A stretch of 34,515 nucleotides of DNA from a virus (IMGVR_UViG_3300028327_000833:1-34515); one strand, 5' to 3'. Numbered from the stretch's first letter, positions 8,039 to 16,972 are shown. The notes: a model not told the origin generated them from the sequence alone. Made by a program: numbers and translations.

Positions 8039-8241
8039 AGAAGAACTATTGCATAGCCGAAACCGCCGAAAAAGGATATTGCACCCTGCGATACCCTAAA
8101 GCTATGCGCAAATGCAGATACTACGTCATGTACCCGATGGCCGACGTCTGCAAATGCGCGGTAATCCATTGCGACTCCCGGAACGGGTGCGCGAACAAAT
8201 ACGCCGTTAAAAACGCTTATGAAAACAAAGGGAGGCGGTAA
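8035..8241 (+). CDS. Small Cys-rich hypothetical protein
   Basis: 68 aa, six Cys, in operon. Confidence 0.55.
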   Translation: MKKNYCIAETAEKGYCTLRYPKAMRKCRYYVMYPMADVCKCAVIHCDSRNGCANKYAVKNAYENKGRR

Positions 8242-8242
8242 T

Positions 8243-8359
8243 ATGGGAGGAGAGCTTGGTTTTCTCGAATTCGACAAGCCGAAAGACTGCGGCGAATGCG
8301 TCTTTCTGGAATCTGTTTACGACTTTGACGACAATACCGAGTATTTAATACATTTATAG
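8243..8359 (+). pseudogene. PxxCxxC protein fragment truncated at the IS left junction
   Basis: MGGELGFLEFDKPKDCGECVF resembles the N-terminus of the 10264 ORF (DWPERCLDC); GGAGG RBS. Confidence 0.5.
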
Positions 8360-9588
8360 GTTTTATTATCAAATATTGTTTTTTGTTATCAAAGGTGTTA
8401 TCTTTGAGTTATGAAACTATACAGTTATGTTAAAATTCTTAGAGTCTCTTAAAGGAACTTGAAAAATGAAGTTCAACAGAAGCGTCAAATGCCACTTCTC
8501 GAAGTGGATAACCGGAAGCAAGTCCGGCCGTATAAAAGACTTGCTTTCTGAATATGACGCCGTCGCGTCTTCCGCTATAGACGGTATAAAAAACCGTATA
8601 GAAGACGGTGCCTCTAAATTCAATGTCCTTAAAAATTACAAAGTACCGGAAACGTGGCTGACAGCTAGAGCGAAACAAGTCGTTTTAGCCGAAACCTACG
8701 GCATGGTAGACGGCCAGATTAAAAGTTGCAAAGAGTTAAAACAGCCGTATACGAAACCTAAACACTGCAAAACAAGGGCCGTTTTGTCTTGCAATTTAGT
8801 GTCTATAAATCTTAACCCTGATTTAGAAGCGTTCGACCTTTTAGTGGAGTTAAAATGTTTCGACAGCAGAAGGAAAGCGGTTAAAATAGCGATACCCTTG
8901 AAAAAGAACCGCTGTTTTGAAAAATGGAACACTAAAGGCAAACTTTCAAGTTCCGTTATTTTAACAGACAAATATATGCAGTTTTCTTTTGAAGCTGACG
9001 TCCCTAAGAAAACGGAAGGCAGCATTATAGGCTTAGACCCCGGAGCCACGAACCTTTTAACCTCTGACGAGGGCGTTGTTTACGGCGACCTGATAAAGCC
9101 GCTTTTACAGAAACTTAAACGTAAAAAACGCAACTCAAGGTCGTGGAAGAAATGTAAAAAAGAGATTAAATATTACATTTCTAAAACATGTAAAGAGTTG
9201 CCTTTTAAAGAAACTAAATTAATCTGTATTGAAAATAACAAGGATATTAAAAGGAACAGCAAAGTTAAAGGGCGCTTAACTAAAAATATGCGTTCAGTTC
9301 TCGACGGCTGGACAAGCGGGTTGCTGGATAGCAGGGTAGAAATGCTTGCCGAAGAAAACGGTGTTTCCTTACGGCGGGTACCTGCTTTCCACAACTCTAC
9401 TACTTGTCCGGTCTGCGGTCACGTTGAGAAGGGGAACCGGTTAAGTCAAGAGGCGTTCAGGTGTCTGTCTTGTGACTATGCAGGCAAAGCCGATACGGTC
9501 GGCGCTTTAAACGTCCTTGGCCGTTTCTCCCTCGGAAAATATGGTTCCGGGTTCAAAACCGAGTTTGTTAAAAAACATGCAGGTTATT
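8346..9588 (+). mobile_element. Non-autonomous tnpB-only IS (IS200/IS605 or IS607 superfamily); ends approximate
   Basis: Abrupt AT-rich segment containing tnpB, no tnpA; left-end direct repeats TTTTRTTATCAAA at 8361 and 8381. Confidence 0.75.
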
Positions 9589-9605
9589 ACGCCTGCAAGA
9601 TTTGA
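8466..9605 (+). CDS. tnpB: TnpB RNA-guided endonuclease
   Basis: RuvC-I IIGLDPG, RuvC-II ICIEN, Zn finger CPVCGH..FRCLSCDY, RuvC-III ADTVGALNV; D-E-D intact. Confidence 0.9.
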   Translation: MKFNRSVKCHFSKWITGSKSGRIKDLLSEYDAVASSAIDGIKNRIEDGASKFNVLKNYKVPETWLTARAKQVVLAETYGMVDGQIKSCKELKQPYTKPKHCKTRAVLSCNLVSINLNPDLEAFDLLVELKCFDSRRKAVKIAIPLKKNRCFEKWNTKGKLSSSVILTDKYMQFSFEADVPKKTEGSIIGLDPGATNLLTSDEGVVYGDLIKPLLQKLKRKKRNSRSWKKCKKEIKYYISKTCKELPFKETKLICIENNKDIKRNSKVKGRLTKNMRSVLDGWTSGLLDSRVEMLAEENGVSLRRVPAFHNSTTCPVCGHVEKGNRLSQEAFRCLSCDYAGKADTVGALNVLGRFSLGKYGSGFKTEFVKKHAGYYACKI

Positions 9606-9748
9606 TAACAAAAGAGGTAACTATGCGCGCGTTACGGCGGTTGCGTAGGCGTTTCAGACGAAATCTGCGAAGCGTTCGCATACCGCTTCAGAACCCGCGA
9701 CGCGGCCGGAGCGGCCGTAGCGGAAAACGCCGGAACCGAGACCGCGTA

Positions 9749-9770
9749 TCCGGGGTGACTCCGCTATATT
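9749..9770 (+). promoter_or_regulatory. TCCGGGGTGAC-N5-TATATT motif copy 1
   Basis: One of three copies with identical spacing, 46 bp before ATG 9817. Confidence 0.6.
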
Positions 9771-9816
9771 GTCTCCGTAAGCGGTAAATAATAACCTTAA
9801 GCGGGAGGGTGTGCAG

Positions 9817-10167
9817 ATGAGACGCAAAGACATAACGGAGGAGATGTGCCGCGAGTATGCGGCCGACAGGACGGCGGGCGCGTTGTCGTACCGCAGATAC
9901 GATGACGGCGGCAGCGTGGACGAACGCCGTAAGCCTTTAGAGACGGATCGCGCGATAGTGCGCGGCGCGATCACCGGCGCGCTGTACGCATGGCGCGGCG
10001 GATACTGCGACGCTAAGACGGCGGCCGACGTCGCCGAATTCGTGGCTTCCGCGATAGAATCGGCGCTCAAAGGGCAAGCGCCGTTACGCCATGAGGATTG
10101 GCGGATACAGAGCTACGACGACGTGTATACGCCGATTACGGCGTTCGCCGCAGACGTTAAAGAATGA
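9817..10167 (+). CDS. Hypothetical protein
   Basis: ORF with GGGAGG RBS (alternative GTG start 9811). Confidence 0.65.
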   Translation: MRRKDITEEMCREYAADRTAGALSYRRYDDGGSVDERRKPLETDRAIVRGAITGALYAWRGGYCDAKTAADVAEFVASAIESALKGQAPLRHEDWRIQSYDDVYTPITAFAADVKE

Positions 10168-10263
10168 ACCGTCAAATCCGAGCGGCTTGCGCAGACCGAA
10201 ACCGCCGTCACAGAAATTATTAACGCGATTATCGCGGAAACTCTAATAAGGAGGCGAAGCGGC

Positions 10264-10521
10264 ATGACGAACAAAGCCGCGTTTATTGTGGATTGGCCGG
10301 AGCGCTGTCTCGACTGCAAGTTGATTATGCGCGTAGAGACCGATATAGGTATTTTGCGGGGCGGGCCGGCCGTGCATTACGTGTGCCGCATAACCGAAAC
10401 GGCGTGCGCTACTATAGAAGACGCTGAAAGAAATCGCGGGTTGATTTGGGGAGATACCCGCAACGAGGACTGCCCGTTGATCGGCATAGAGATAGACGGG
10501 GAGGTTCTTGAAAATGCTTGA
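10264..10521 (+). CDS. Small Cys-rich phage protein (PxxCxxC..YxC..CPL)
   Basis: 85 aa, GAGG RBS. Confidence 0.7.
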   Translation: MTNKAAFIVDWPERCLDCKLIMRVETDIGILRGGPAVHYVCRITETACATIEDAERNRGLIWGDTRNEDCPLIGIEIDGEVLENA

Positions 10522-11077
10522 ACCTAAATATCGCGGCAAAACTATCGCCGAAAACAAATGGGTTTACGGCGGTTTCGCGTGGGGGCTTGACAGGCGCGGG
10601 ACGCGGTGCGCTTATATCGTGCGGCCTGACGAATATGAGGGGATAACCGGCGTGAAAGTCGATGAAGAAACCGTCGGGCAGTTCACGGGTCTGAAAGATG
10701 ACGAGGGCACGGGCGTCGAAATTTACGAAGGCGACACCGTCCGCGCCCATTATACAGCGGCCGGTATCGGGGAAGGCGGCGGGGTTGTATTCGACTGCGA
10801 CGAGGAGATTACGGGCGAAGTGTACTTCAACGGGCTGTCACTGGCGGTCAGAGGCATACGCGACAAGAACGGCAGGTGGCGGGAGTATACAGGGTATTCG
10901 CAAGGCGAGGGTAAAAGTACGATAAATGACTTTCTGAATATGCACGACATGCTGACAGATGCCGTTATGGAAATGGGCAATATATACAATGACACCCAAG
11001 AAGCTGAAGTCGGACTTACGGTAATCGGGAATAAGTGGGACGGTCTTAAAAGCGAGGAGGTCAGTCGTGAAACCTGA
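10514..11077 (+). CDS. YopX family protein (second paralogue)
   Basis: KYRGK..KWVYG..VDEETVGQFTGLKD..EIYEGDTV..VIGNKWD. Confidence 0.88.
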   Translation: MLEPKYRGKTIAENKWVYGGFAWGLDRRGTRCAYIVRPDEYEGITGVKVDEETVGQFTGLKDDEGTGVEIYEGDTVRAHYTAAGIGEGGGVVFDCDEEITGEVYFNGLSLAVRGIRDKNGRWREYTGYSQGEGKSTINDFLNMHDMLTDAVMEMGNIYNDTQEAEVGLTVIGNKWDGLKSEEVSRET

Positions 11078-11492
11078 GATTTGCGAGTTCAAATATGAAA
11101 AAGCTCCGCGTCGTAAGATATACCGTATCGGAAGATACGAGCCGGACGCTAAAAACATTTACGGCAAGACCCTTTATGACAAGACCACGTATCGCGTCGA
11201 ATGCTGCGTAACCACCGGCGGCCCTGCTGAATATACGGCGAAACATCCGAGCGGCATATTCATGCAAAGACTGCCCGCCCGCGATGAGGAAGGGTATTTT
11301 CTTCTTCCTGATGCGTGGATAGGCGGGGATTTTGATACAGACGCGCTATGTTTTGACGACGTTATCGCGGTACGCGAAGACGCGCCGCTGGCGCCTTGCA
11401 GTTGGCCGAGCGCGGCTCCGATAGACGCGGGCATATTCAACAAATCAACCTTAAAATGGGAGAAGGGAGAGATTGCCGATGGGACTGTATGA
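11067..11492 (+). CDS. Hypothetical protein
   Basis: 141 aa, GTG start after GAGGAGG. Confidence 0.7.
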   Translation: MKPEICEFKYEKAPRRKIYRIGRYEPDAKNIYGKTLYDKTTYRVECCVTTGGPAEYTAKHPSGIFMQRLPARDEEGYFLLPDAWIGGDFDTDALCFDDVIAVREDAPLAPCSWPSAAPIDAGIFNKSTLKWEKGEIADGTV

Positions 11493-11697
11493 TTTTGTTC
11501 TGATTCTGTCGTTTATAGCGGGAAGCGTGTTTTTGTTCGCTTGGGCGGTTCGTTACGAGTACGGATTGCGGACGGAAGAACTCAAAAGAAGCGGTTCGCG
11601 GCCGTACGTCTGGTGGGAAAGCACGGAAACCGTAACGCCGACGAAAGAAAACGCCGAGCGGCGGCAGGATGCGGAGGATCGGCATGACATACCGTGA
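11479..11697 (+). CDS. Small membrane protein
   Basis: One hydrophobic N-terminal segment FVLILSFIAGSVFLFAWAV. Confidence 0.6.
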   Translation: MGLYDFVLILSFIAGSVFLFAWAVRYEYGLRTEELKRSGSRPYVWWESTETVTPTKENAERRQDAEDRHDIP

Positions 11698-11857
11698 GGC
11701 GATGGACAGGCTTGATCAAGCAATATCTCTTGTCAACGGAATTCATCTCAATATTGACGAATTCGACGCATATATCGACGAGGCGGAGTCGTGCTTGAAT
11801 AACGCTTTTGACTTTGTCGCGGACATGGAAGCGAACGATGAACGATATCCGGGGTGA
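11684..11857 (+). CDS. Hypothetical acidic protein
   Basis: GGAGG RBS, 57 aa. Confidence 0.6.
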   Translation: MTYREAMDRLDQAISLVNGIHLNIDEFDAYIDEAESCLNNAFDFVADMEANDERYPG

Positions 11858-11869
11858 CTGCGATATATT
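11848..11869 (+). promoter_or_regulatory. TCCGGGGTGAC-N5-TATATT motif copy 2
   Basis: 44 bp before ATG 11914. Confidence 0.6.
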
Positions 11870-11913
11870 CTCCTTGCAAGCGGCGAACATCAACCCTAAC
11901 AAGGAGTCGGAGC

Positions 11914-12348
11914 ATGTTAAAACTTACCGAGACGGACGCGGCGCGTATAGCCAAGATGTACCGAGACGGCAAGCTGTCTACCCGTCAAATCGCTGAAATC
12001 TACGACATCAATCAGTCGACGGTCAGAGACGCGTTAGCGAAGACGGGCGTTCCGCTTAGAAACCATACGTGTTCGAAAGCGGCCGGCAGAACGATGCGCG
12101 AAGCACGACAGGAGGCCGCGAAACGGCGGGCGCAGATGACGCCGTTAATCGTAAAGTGGTACGGCGAAGGTTTGGGATGCCATGTAATAAAGCAGATGTT
12201 GCGCGGAGCCGGATTCACCGTAGGCACCGACCATACAGCGATTGTGAAGATGTTACATGCGGCTGGGGTTAAGGTAAGGCCTCAAGGAGCCGGTGGAACC
12301 CGCAGCCGAATACCGTTGTACATAGAAGATGGCGTATTTTGCGCGTAA
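11914..12348 (+). CDS. Tandem HTH protein
   Basis: IAKMYRDGKLSTRQIAEIYDINQSTVRDALAKTGVPLR plus a second degenerate repeat; AAGGAG RBS. Confidence 0.75.
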   Translation: MLKLTETDAARIAKMYRDGKLSTRQIAEIYDINQSTVRDALAKTGVPLRNHTCSKAAGRTMREARQEAAKRRAQMTPLIVKWYGEGLGCHVIKQMLRGAGFTVGTDHTAIVKMLHAAGVKVRPQGAGGTRSRIPLYIEDGVFCA

Positions 12349-12379
12349 CGCGCCGGATTCCGCAAGAATGCCGCCGCCG

Positions 12380-12401
12380 TCCGGGGTGACGCGGATATAT
12401 T
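12380..12401 (+). promoter_or_regulatory. TCCGGGGTGAC-N5-TATATT motif copy 3
   Basis: 58 bp before ATG 12460. Confidence 0.6.
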
Positions 12402-12459
12402 TGATCTCGAAAGGCGGCGGTTATTATTTTAACTAAAACTTTAACTTCGGAGGCGTATT

Positions 12460-12726
12460 ATGGATACGTTAAAAATTGCGGCGGATTCCCTTGCGGATAC
12501 GTTGGCGCGAATTGCGCAAAATGTGCCTGACGGCATTGATTGGGTTCAGGAGTGCATGTACAGACATGCGATGCTGATTGAGCGGATTAATTTGTGGATG
12601 GACATAATCGCGGCGATGTTTTGGATTTGCGGGTCGGCTTATGTCCTCTGCTTGATCGTAGGCGGAGTTTTTGATTTTCGAAAAAAAAATAAAAAACCGA
12701 ATCAACCCACGGAATCCGGCAAGTAA
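12460..12726 (+). CDS. Hypothetical membrane protein
   Basis: GGAGG RBS; hydrophobic segment IIAAMFWICGSAYVLCLIVGGVF. Confidence 0.7.
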   Translation: MDTLKIAADSLADTLARIAQNVPDGIDWVQECMYRHAMLIERINLWMDIIAAMFWICGSAYVLCLIVGGVFDFRKKNKKPNQPTESGK

Positions 12727-12736
12727 AACCTTGCTC

Positions 12737-12774
12737 TTGACGCGCTTTCCGCCCGAAAGCGGAAAGCGCGTCAA
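12737..12774. terminator. Probable bidirectional terminator between convergent genes
   Basis: Perfect 16-bp stem TTGACGCGCTTTCCGC / GCGGAAAGCGCGTCAA with 6-nt loop. Confidence 0.75.
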
Positions 12775-13124
12775 TTTGGATTGAACGCCCGTTTGATTTT
12801 AGCGCTCGCCGAATCCGCCAACTCGCTCCCTGTATCTTTAATATCCGACCATTTTTGTTTCAGCCATTTGTTCGAGCTGTTGCCGATTAAATTAGTAGTA
12901 CTGTAGGAGTTCTTTTGCGCACGGCCTTGGTGTTGGCAACCGATATGCGCCGCCGCGCCTAAAGCCGCTAAAGCAGTCGCCGTTTTCACAAGACGCCTTG
13001 TTTTGGGATGCTCGTCCCAGAAACCTTCGTCAATCCCGCCGTAACGCGTCGCTAACCAGTCGCAATAACACGTTTCGGCCGCGCTTTCGTTCGGCCGCGA
13101 TAAAAACTTTTGAAATCCGGTCAT
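12771..13124 (-). CDS. Hypothetical protein
   Basis: GGAGG RBS before ATG 13124. Confidence 0.65.
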   Translation of the reverse strand: MTGFQKFLSRPNESAAETCYCDWLATRYGGIDEGFWDEHPKTRRLVKTATALAALGAAAHIGCQHQGRAQKNSYSTTNLIGNSSNKWLKQKWSDIKDTGSELADSASAKIKRAFNPN

Positions 13125-13198
13125 CTCCGACACCTCCTGATTGCGTGTTCAATTATATGCGGATTTCTCAACCGCGCTCGGCGGCGTTGTCCGCGCGT

Positions 13199-13690
13199 TC
13201 AGACTTCTACGGCGTCCGCCGTCTCCGCGCCGTCGTCGGGCGTAAACCTTCGCATGGTTTCCACGGTCTGCATCAATCTTTGGCGGATGACCGTTTTCGT
13301 CTCTTTGGTCATGCCGTCGGTAGGTTTAACCTTGTCGTCGTTCATCAAAACGTCCGTCTGCAGTCTCTGCACGTCCACGCGCTCGCGGGCGTCTTTCAAA
13401 ATTCCGTGCTGATATTTGCCCAAATCCATTAAGGTGCGCGTCAGGACTATTTTTTGATCGAAAGTCAAAGCCGCCATCAATCCCGGATGTATGATCATGG
13501 TTTGAAGCTGCGACAGCGCCTTGTGCGTATCCCGCAGACTGCGGGCGCACTCGGTGGCCAGCCCCAAAAGCATTAAGTCATGCCCCGTGGCGGCGTTGGA
13601 CGTAACGAGGGACAGTTCTTCCGCGCTCGGAAAGCGGTTCTCCCGCAAAACAGTCTCGCCCGCCGCGATCAGGGCGTTTTCGTACTCCAT
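13199..13690 (-). CDS. Hypothetical helical protein
   Basis: 163 aa, GGAGG RBS. Confidence 0.7.
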   Translation of the reverse strand: MEYENALIAAGETVLRENRFPSAEELSLVTSNAATGHDLMLLGLATECARSLRDTHKALSQLQTMIIHPGLMAALTFDQKIVLTRTLMDLGKYQHGILKDARERVDVQRLQTDVLMNDDKVKPTDGMTKETKTVIRQRLMQTVETMRRFTPDDGAETADAVEV

Positions 13691-13834
13691 TGCCGAAACC
13701 TCCGTAAGTTAAAATAGTCCGAAACCTATGTCTATAATATAACACAATCGCGCTTTTTAATGCAAAAAAAAACGCGCGTCGGATCCGAATCCGCGAAACG
13801 CAAAGCAAGCCGCGATATTTTTCGGCCGCGGAAG

Positions 13835-13848
13835 GCGTACTGTAGTAG
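13835..13848 (+). promoter_or_regulatory. GCGTACTGTAGTAG motif copy 3
   Basis: 49 bp upstream of ATG 13898 at the head of the replication block. Confidence 0.6.
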
Positions 13849-13897
13849 GACGCCGTCGAGCCGCCGCTCCGCGTTTTTTTTTGCGAGGGAGTCTATA

Positions 13898-14431
13898 ATG
13901 CCGCAATATCGCGAAGCGAAGCTGCAAATGCTGCTCGAGCTGTCGGAGCTCGACCCGAACCTGATTTTTCTGGCGCGCGCGGCCGGTACGGAAACTTTCG
14001 GGAGGATGCTGAAAAGCCTTGCGGGAATGACGTTTACGATCCCGACGCGCGACCAGATTGAAGCGATCTCCGGTAAAGTTAAGAATTATCGGCGGTCTTT
14101 CGACAAAATGCTGAAGACGGACGGAAAGAATTCGACGCTGCGTCGTTTGGCGGAGCTGGGCAAACTGATCGACTGCAGAGACGTAAGAACCGCCGTGCGC
14201 GAAGCGGTAACGCAAACCGTCCTGTCGGAATATTTGAAAGGCTTGTTTGAAGACAACGAGTCGCTGAAATGGACTCTTGAGGAGATCGAAAACTTGCCGA
14301 ACGCGGATAAACTGGAATTGCTGAAACTAAGCGTCGAAGAGGCGGAACTGAAAGCCGCGATGCTTGACAGACTCGAAAAACTGAATAAGAAGAAGAAGCC
14401 GAAACAGCAAAATACGTTTGAAACACCCTAA
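13898..14431 (+). CDS. Hypothetical protein with a weak Mor/C-activator-like segment
   Basis: GAGGGAG RBS; FGRMLKSLAGMTFTIPT resembles the Mor-family L..FGG..IYIP motif (weak). Confidence 0.6.
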   Translation: MPQYREAKLQMLLELSELDPNLIFLARAAGTETFGRMLKSLAGMTFTIPTRDQIEAISGKVKNYRRSFDKMLKTDGKNSTLRRLAELGKLIDCRDVRTAVREAVTQTVLSEYLKGLFEDNESLKWTLEEIENLPNADKLELLKLSVEEAELKAAMLDRLEKLNKKKKPKQQNTFETP

Positions 14432-14457
14432 CACCAATTAAAAACAAAGGAGGCTTT

Positions 14458-15447
14458 ATGCCGTTATCGAGAGAAGGCGTAAAACAGTGTTTAACCAAGA
14501 TGTCCAATTCCGGTCAAAAACTGAATCAGGTCAAAGGACAGGGAGGCGCGCGCTTCGCGGACGGGGAAGCGGGAAAAGACTACCTGCCGCCGGTTTTCGT
14601 CTCGGGCGAATGCAAGTTCACCGCCCGTATAGTCGCGGACAAAAACGGCGCGCTCTGCAGGACGTATATGAGCTACAACGTGCCCGTCCCTACGTCGGAC
14701 GGAACCGAAGAGCGGGTGTTTTATACGGTCGAGGGCGTAGAGAAAACCCGCAACGGCGTGTCGTATACGGATTACCGCTCGAAAGACCCTATCGCGGAGT
14801 ACGCTTACGCCCTTGCGGAACAGACCGGCATCTGGCAGTACAAACCGCGCCTCACTTCGGCTTATTACGCGGAGATAGTGACCGTCAGCACGGCGGCCTC
14901 GCAGTATTTCAAGCCCGGCCCCTGCGTGCTGCTGTTCAACGGCGAGACCTTCAAAAACGCCTTCGAATCGATATGCAACACTCTGCTTGAGAAAAGAGAC
15001 AAAGACGGCAACGAGATCGGGCTTGAGCTGCTGCAGAGCACCCTCGACGCCGCATCGAGCGGTTTGCTGATCGACGTAGACTACCTCTCGGGCAAATCGG
15101 GCAGGTGCATAGTGGCGTTCGACACTATGGGCGGTTTGCAGCACGAGTTCGCGCCTGAAGTAGCCGCGAAATTCGTCAACATCCTTCAGGAGTACGCGCC
15201 CGTGCCCGGAACTCCGAAAAACGAGGCCAACGGCGTCAGAATTAAGGAGTTCTACAAGCGGAAGCTGGATTCCCTGCAGAAGTACGGGAGAGCGGACGAC
15301 CCTGAAGAACCGCCGGCGGCGCGTTTCGCGCCGAAGACTGCCCCGGCCGCGTCTTCCGCCGCCAAAAAGAAGCCCGCGCCGCCTCCCGCCTCGGCTGACG
15401 ACGAAATGGACGAGCTGGGAGCGGCTTTGACCGAGCTGGACGATTAG
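14458..15447 (+). CDS. Putative ssDNA-binding protein (gp32-like architecture)
   Basis: Aromatic-rich core, Pro/Ala/Lys linker, acidic tail; replication-gene context. CDS is secure, function inferred. Confidence 0.5.
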   Translation: MPLSREGVKQCLTKMSNSGQKLNQVKGQGGARFADGEAGKDYLPPVFVSGECKFTARIVADKNGALCRTYMSYNVPVPTSDGTEERVFYTVEGVEKTRNGVSYTDYRSKDPIAEYAYALAEQTGIWQYKPRLTSAYYAEIVTVSTAASQYFKPGPCVLLFNGETFKNAFESICNTLLEKRDKDGNEIGLELLQSTLDAASSGLLIDVDYLSGKSGRCIVAFDTMGGLQHEFAPEVAAKFVNILQEYAPVPGTPKNEANGVRIKEFYKRKLDSLQKYGRADDPEEPPAARFAPKTAPAASSAAKKKPAPPPASADDEMDELGAALTELDD

Positions 15448-15449
15448 CC

Positions 15450-16274
15450 GTGGTGATTGTCGACGGATCGCATTTGCTGCACCGTTGCAGATACCGAACG
15501 CCGGAAACGGATTGGAAAGTTTATTGCGCGTTGTTTTTCAATCTGTTTCTGGCGGTTTTGCGGGTTTTGAAAGACTTTGACGCGATCGCGCTTTGGAATG
15601 TCGGCGGTTCGTATAAAAAACGCGTCGCGCCTGAATTTGAAAACGGTCTTGTAAAACAACATTACGCGCTTGCCTCGGAGTGGCTGCGCCGTAAATTGCC
15701 GATAACGGGATTTCGTTCGCTGACTGCCGAAGGCGTGGAAACCGGCGAGGTTGCGTATTGGCTGGTGCATGATAAACTCGCGCAACTTAACGGCGTTGAA
15801 AATTATTTAGTCTCCGCCGATAAAAATTGGCGGCAGATTATCGCGGATAAGTGGACTTTATACGATCCGCTGAACGGCGAAGCGATGTCTTATGTCGACT
15901 TCTGGAAAAAATACGGTTCAAGGGCGTACTGTAGTAGGAGGGCGGCCCTTCTCGGAAACCCGCAGATGCCTAGATGCTACGGGGTGGACAAGTACAACGT
16001 CGAGAAGTATGTCGAGAAGATAGCCGAGGGTCAGGATTTAATGACGCGGGACGTTGAATCCGTGAATGTGCATGAATTTGTGGCGGACGGACAACTGACG
16101 CGGAATTTGGAAAGGCTTGATTTAAGCGGCTTATGCAGGGGCGAACGTCGTTGTCTGCACTTGAAATACGCCGAGTGTCTTAAAAAAGTCAGCCGGCCGT
16201 CGTTGACGGATTGGATCGAAACGGCGTGCGAAATCAATGCGCCGGCTTTAATAACTTACGGGCAGGGATTGTGA
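15450..16274 (+). CDS. 5'-3' exonuclease/FEN (T4 RNase H-like) homologue with degenerate active site
   Basis: VIVDGSHLLHR, GVETGEVA, LVSADKNWRQI, LYDP, LLGN align to the FEN motifs. Confidence 0.75.
   Translation: MVIVDGSHLLHRCRYRTPETDWKVYCALFFNLFLAVLRVLKDFDAIALWNVGGSYKKRVAPEFENGLVKQHYALASEWLRRKLPITGFRSLTAEGVETGEVAYWLVHDKLAQLNGVENYLVSADKNWRQIIADKWTLYDPLNGEAMSYVDFWKKYGSRAYCSRRAALLGNPQMPRCYGVDKYNVEKYVEKIAEGQDLMTRDVESVNVHEFVADGQLTRNLERLDLSGLCRGERRCLHLKYAECLKKVSRPSLTDWIETACEINAPALITYGQGL
15924..15937 (+). promoter_or_regulatory. GCGTACTGTAGTAG motif copy 4 (intragenic)
   Basis: Exact copy inside the exonuclease CDS. Confidence 0.45.
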
Positions 16275-16282
16275 GGCGCGAT

Positions 16283-16714
16283 ATGCCGCTGTTAGAGAGT
16301 GTTTTATTCTACCCGAAAAAACTTGGCGCCTCTTTTGGCGGGTTTTATAAATGTACTTTGCGGAACGAAAAGAAATTTGGGCTCGGCGACAACGTTTTCT
16401 TTTCGACAAGCCGTTATCAATGCGAGTACGAACGCGCTTTACTGTTAATGCGCGGACAGATTTGCGGCGTTTATATGACGGACGATGAAAATCCTGAATA
16501 TACGTACGACGTTAAAATACTTAGCGATCTTAACACCGACGCGGTTTTTCTTGAGCGCAAAGGGGATATTATCAAAGGTTTGTTCTGCGATACGATTTTC
16601 AGTTCGGTCGAGGAGGCTGAACAAAGCGCGCTATCCGCAGGCAAGGGATGGTATGAAGATTATCTGTCCGCGGTAGAACGATTTTTTAAAGATTTTAAAG
16701 AAACGGTAACGTGA
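16283..16714 (+). CDS. Hypothetical protein
   Basis: ORF with GAGG upstream of ATG 16283. Confidence 0.65.
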   Translation: MPLLESVLFYPKKLGASFGGFYKCTLRNEKKFGLGDNVFFSTSRYQCEYERALLLMRGQICGVYMTDDENPEYTYDVKILSDLNTDAVFLERKGDIIKGLFCDTIFSSVEEAEQSALSAGKGWYEDYLSAVERFFKDFKETVT

Positions 16715-16718
16715 TGTT

Positions 16719-16958
16719 ATGGCTACGAATTTTGAAACATGGAAAGCAAATCTAACCCTTGAGACTGCCGCTCATATACATAGAGCGCTGAGCAACGGTT
16801 GTTGCCATGAGTGTCCAGCAGTAGATAGTTGCAATCTGTCGGACGAAGAACGTGAACATAAGGATGACTATGATCACGCTAGTTTTAATCCATGCGTCTC
16901 TGAGTTTTGCGATTGGGGCCTTGAAGAATCAACAGACAATATATCATCAGCTACTTAA
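16719..16958 (+). CDS. Small Cys-rich hypothetical protein
   Basis: MATNFETWK..CCHECPAVDSC..CVSEFC. Confidence 0.65.
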   Translation: MATNFETWKANLTLETAAHIHRALSNGCCHECPAVDSCNLSDEEREHKDDYDHASFNPCVSEFCDWGLEESTDNISSAT

Positions 16959-16972
16959 CGCGGAGGTGGATT

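Noticed and set aside
9602-9787. Arg-rich 61-aa ORF after tnpB
   Set aside because: Composition looks like an off-frame read; probably debris of the IS-disrupted locus.
12893-12906. Partial GTACTGTAG match, and TACTATAG at 3068-3075, to the 14-bp motif
   Set aside because: Short or degenerate and lacking the conserved flanks; not counted as copies.
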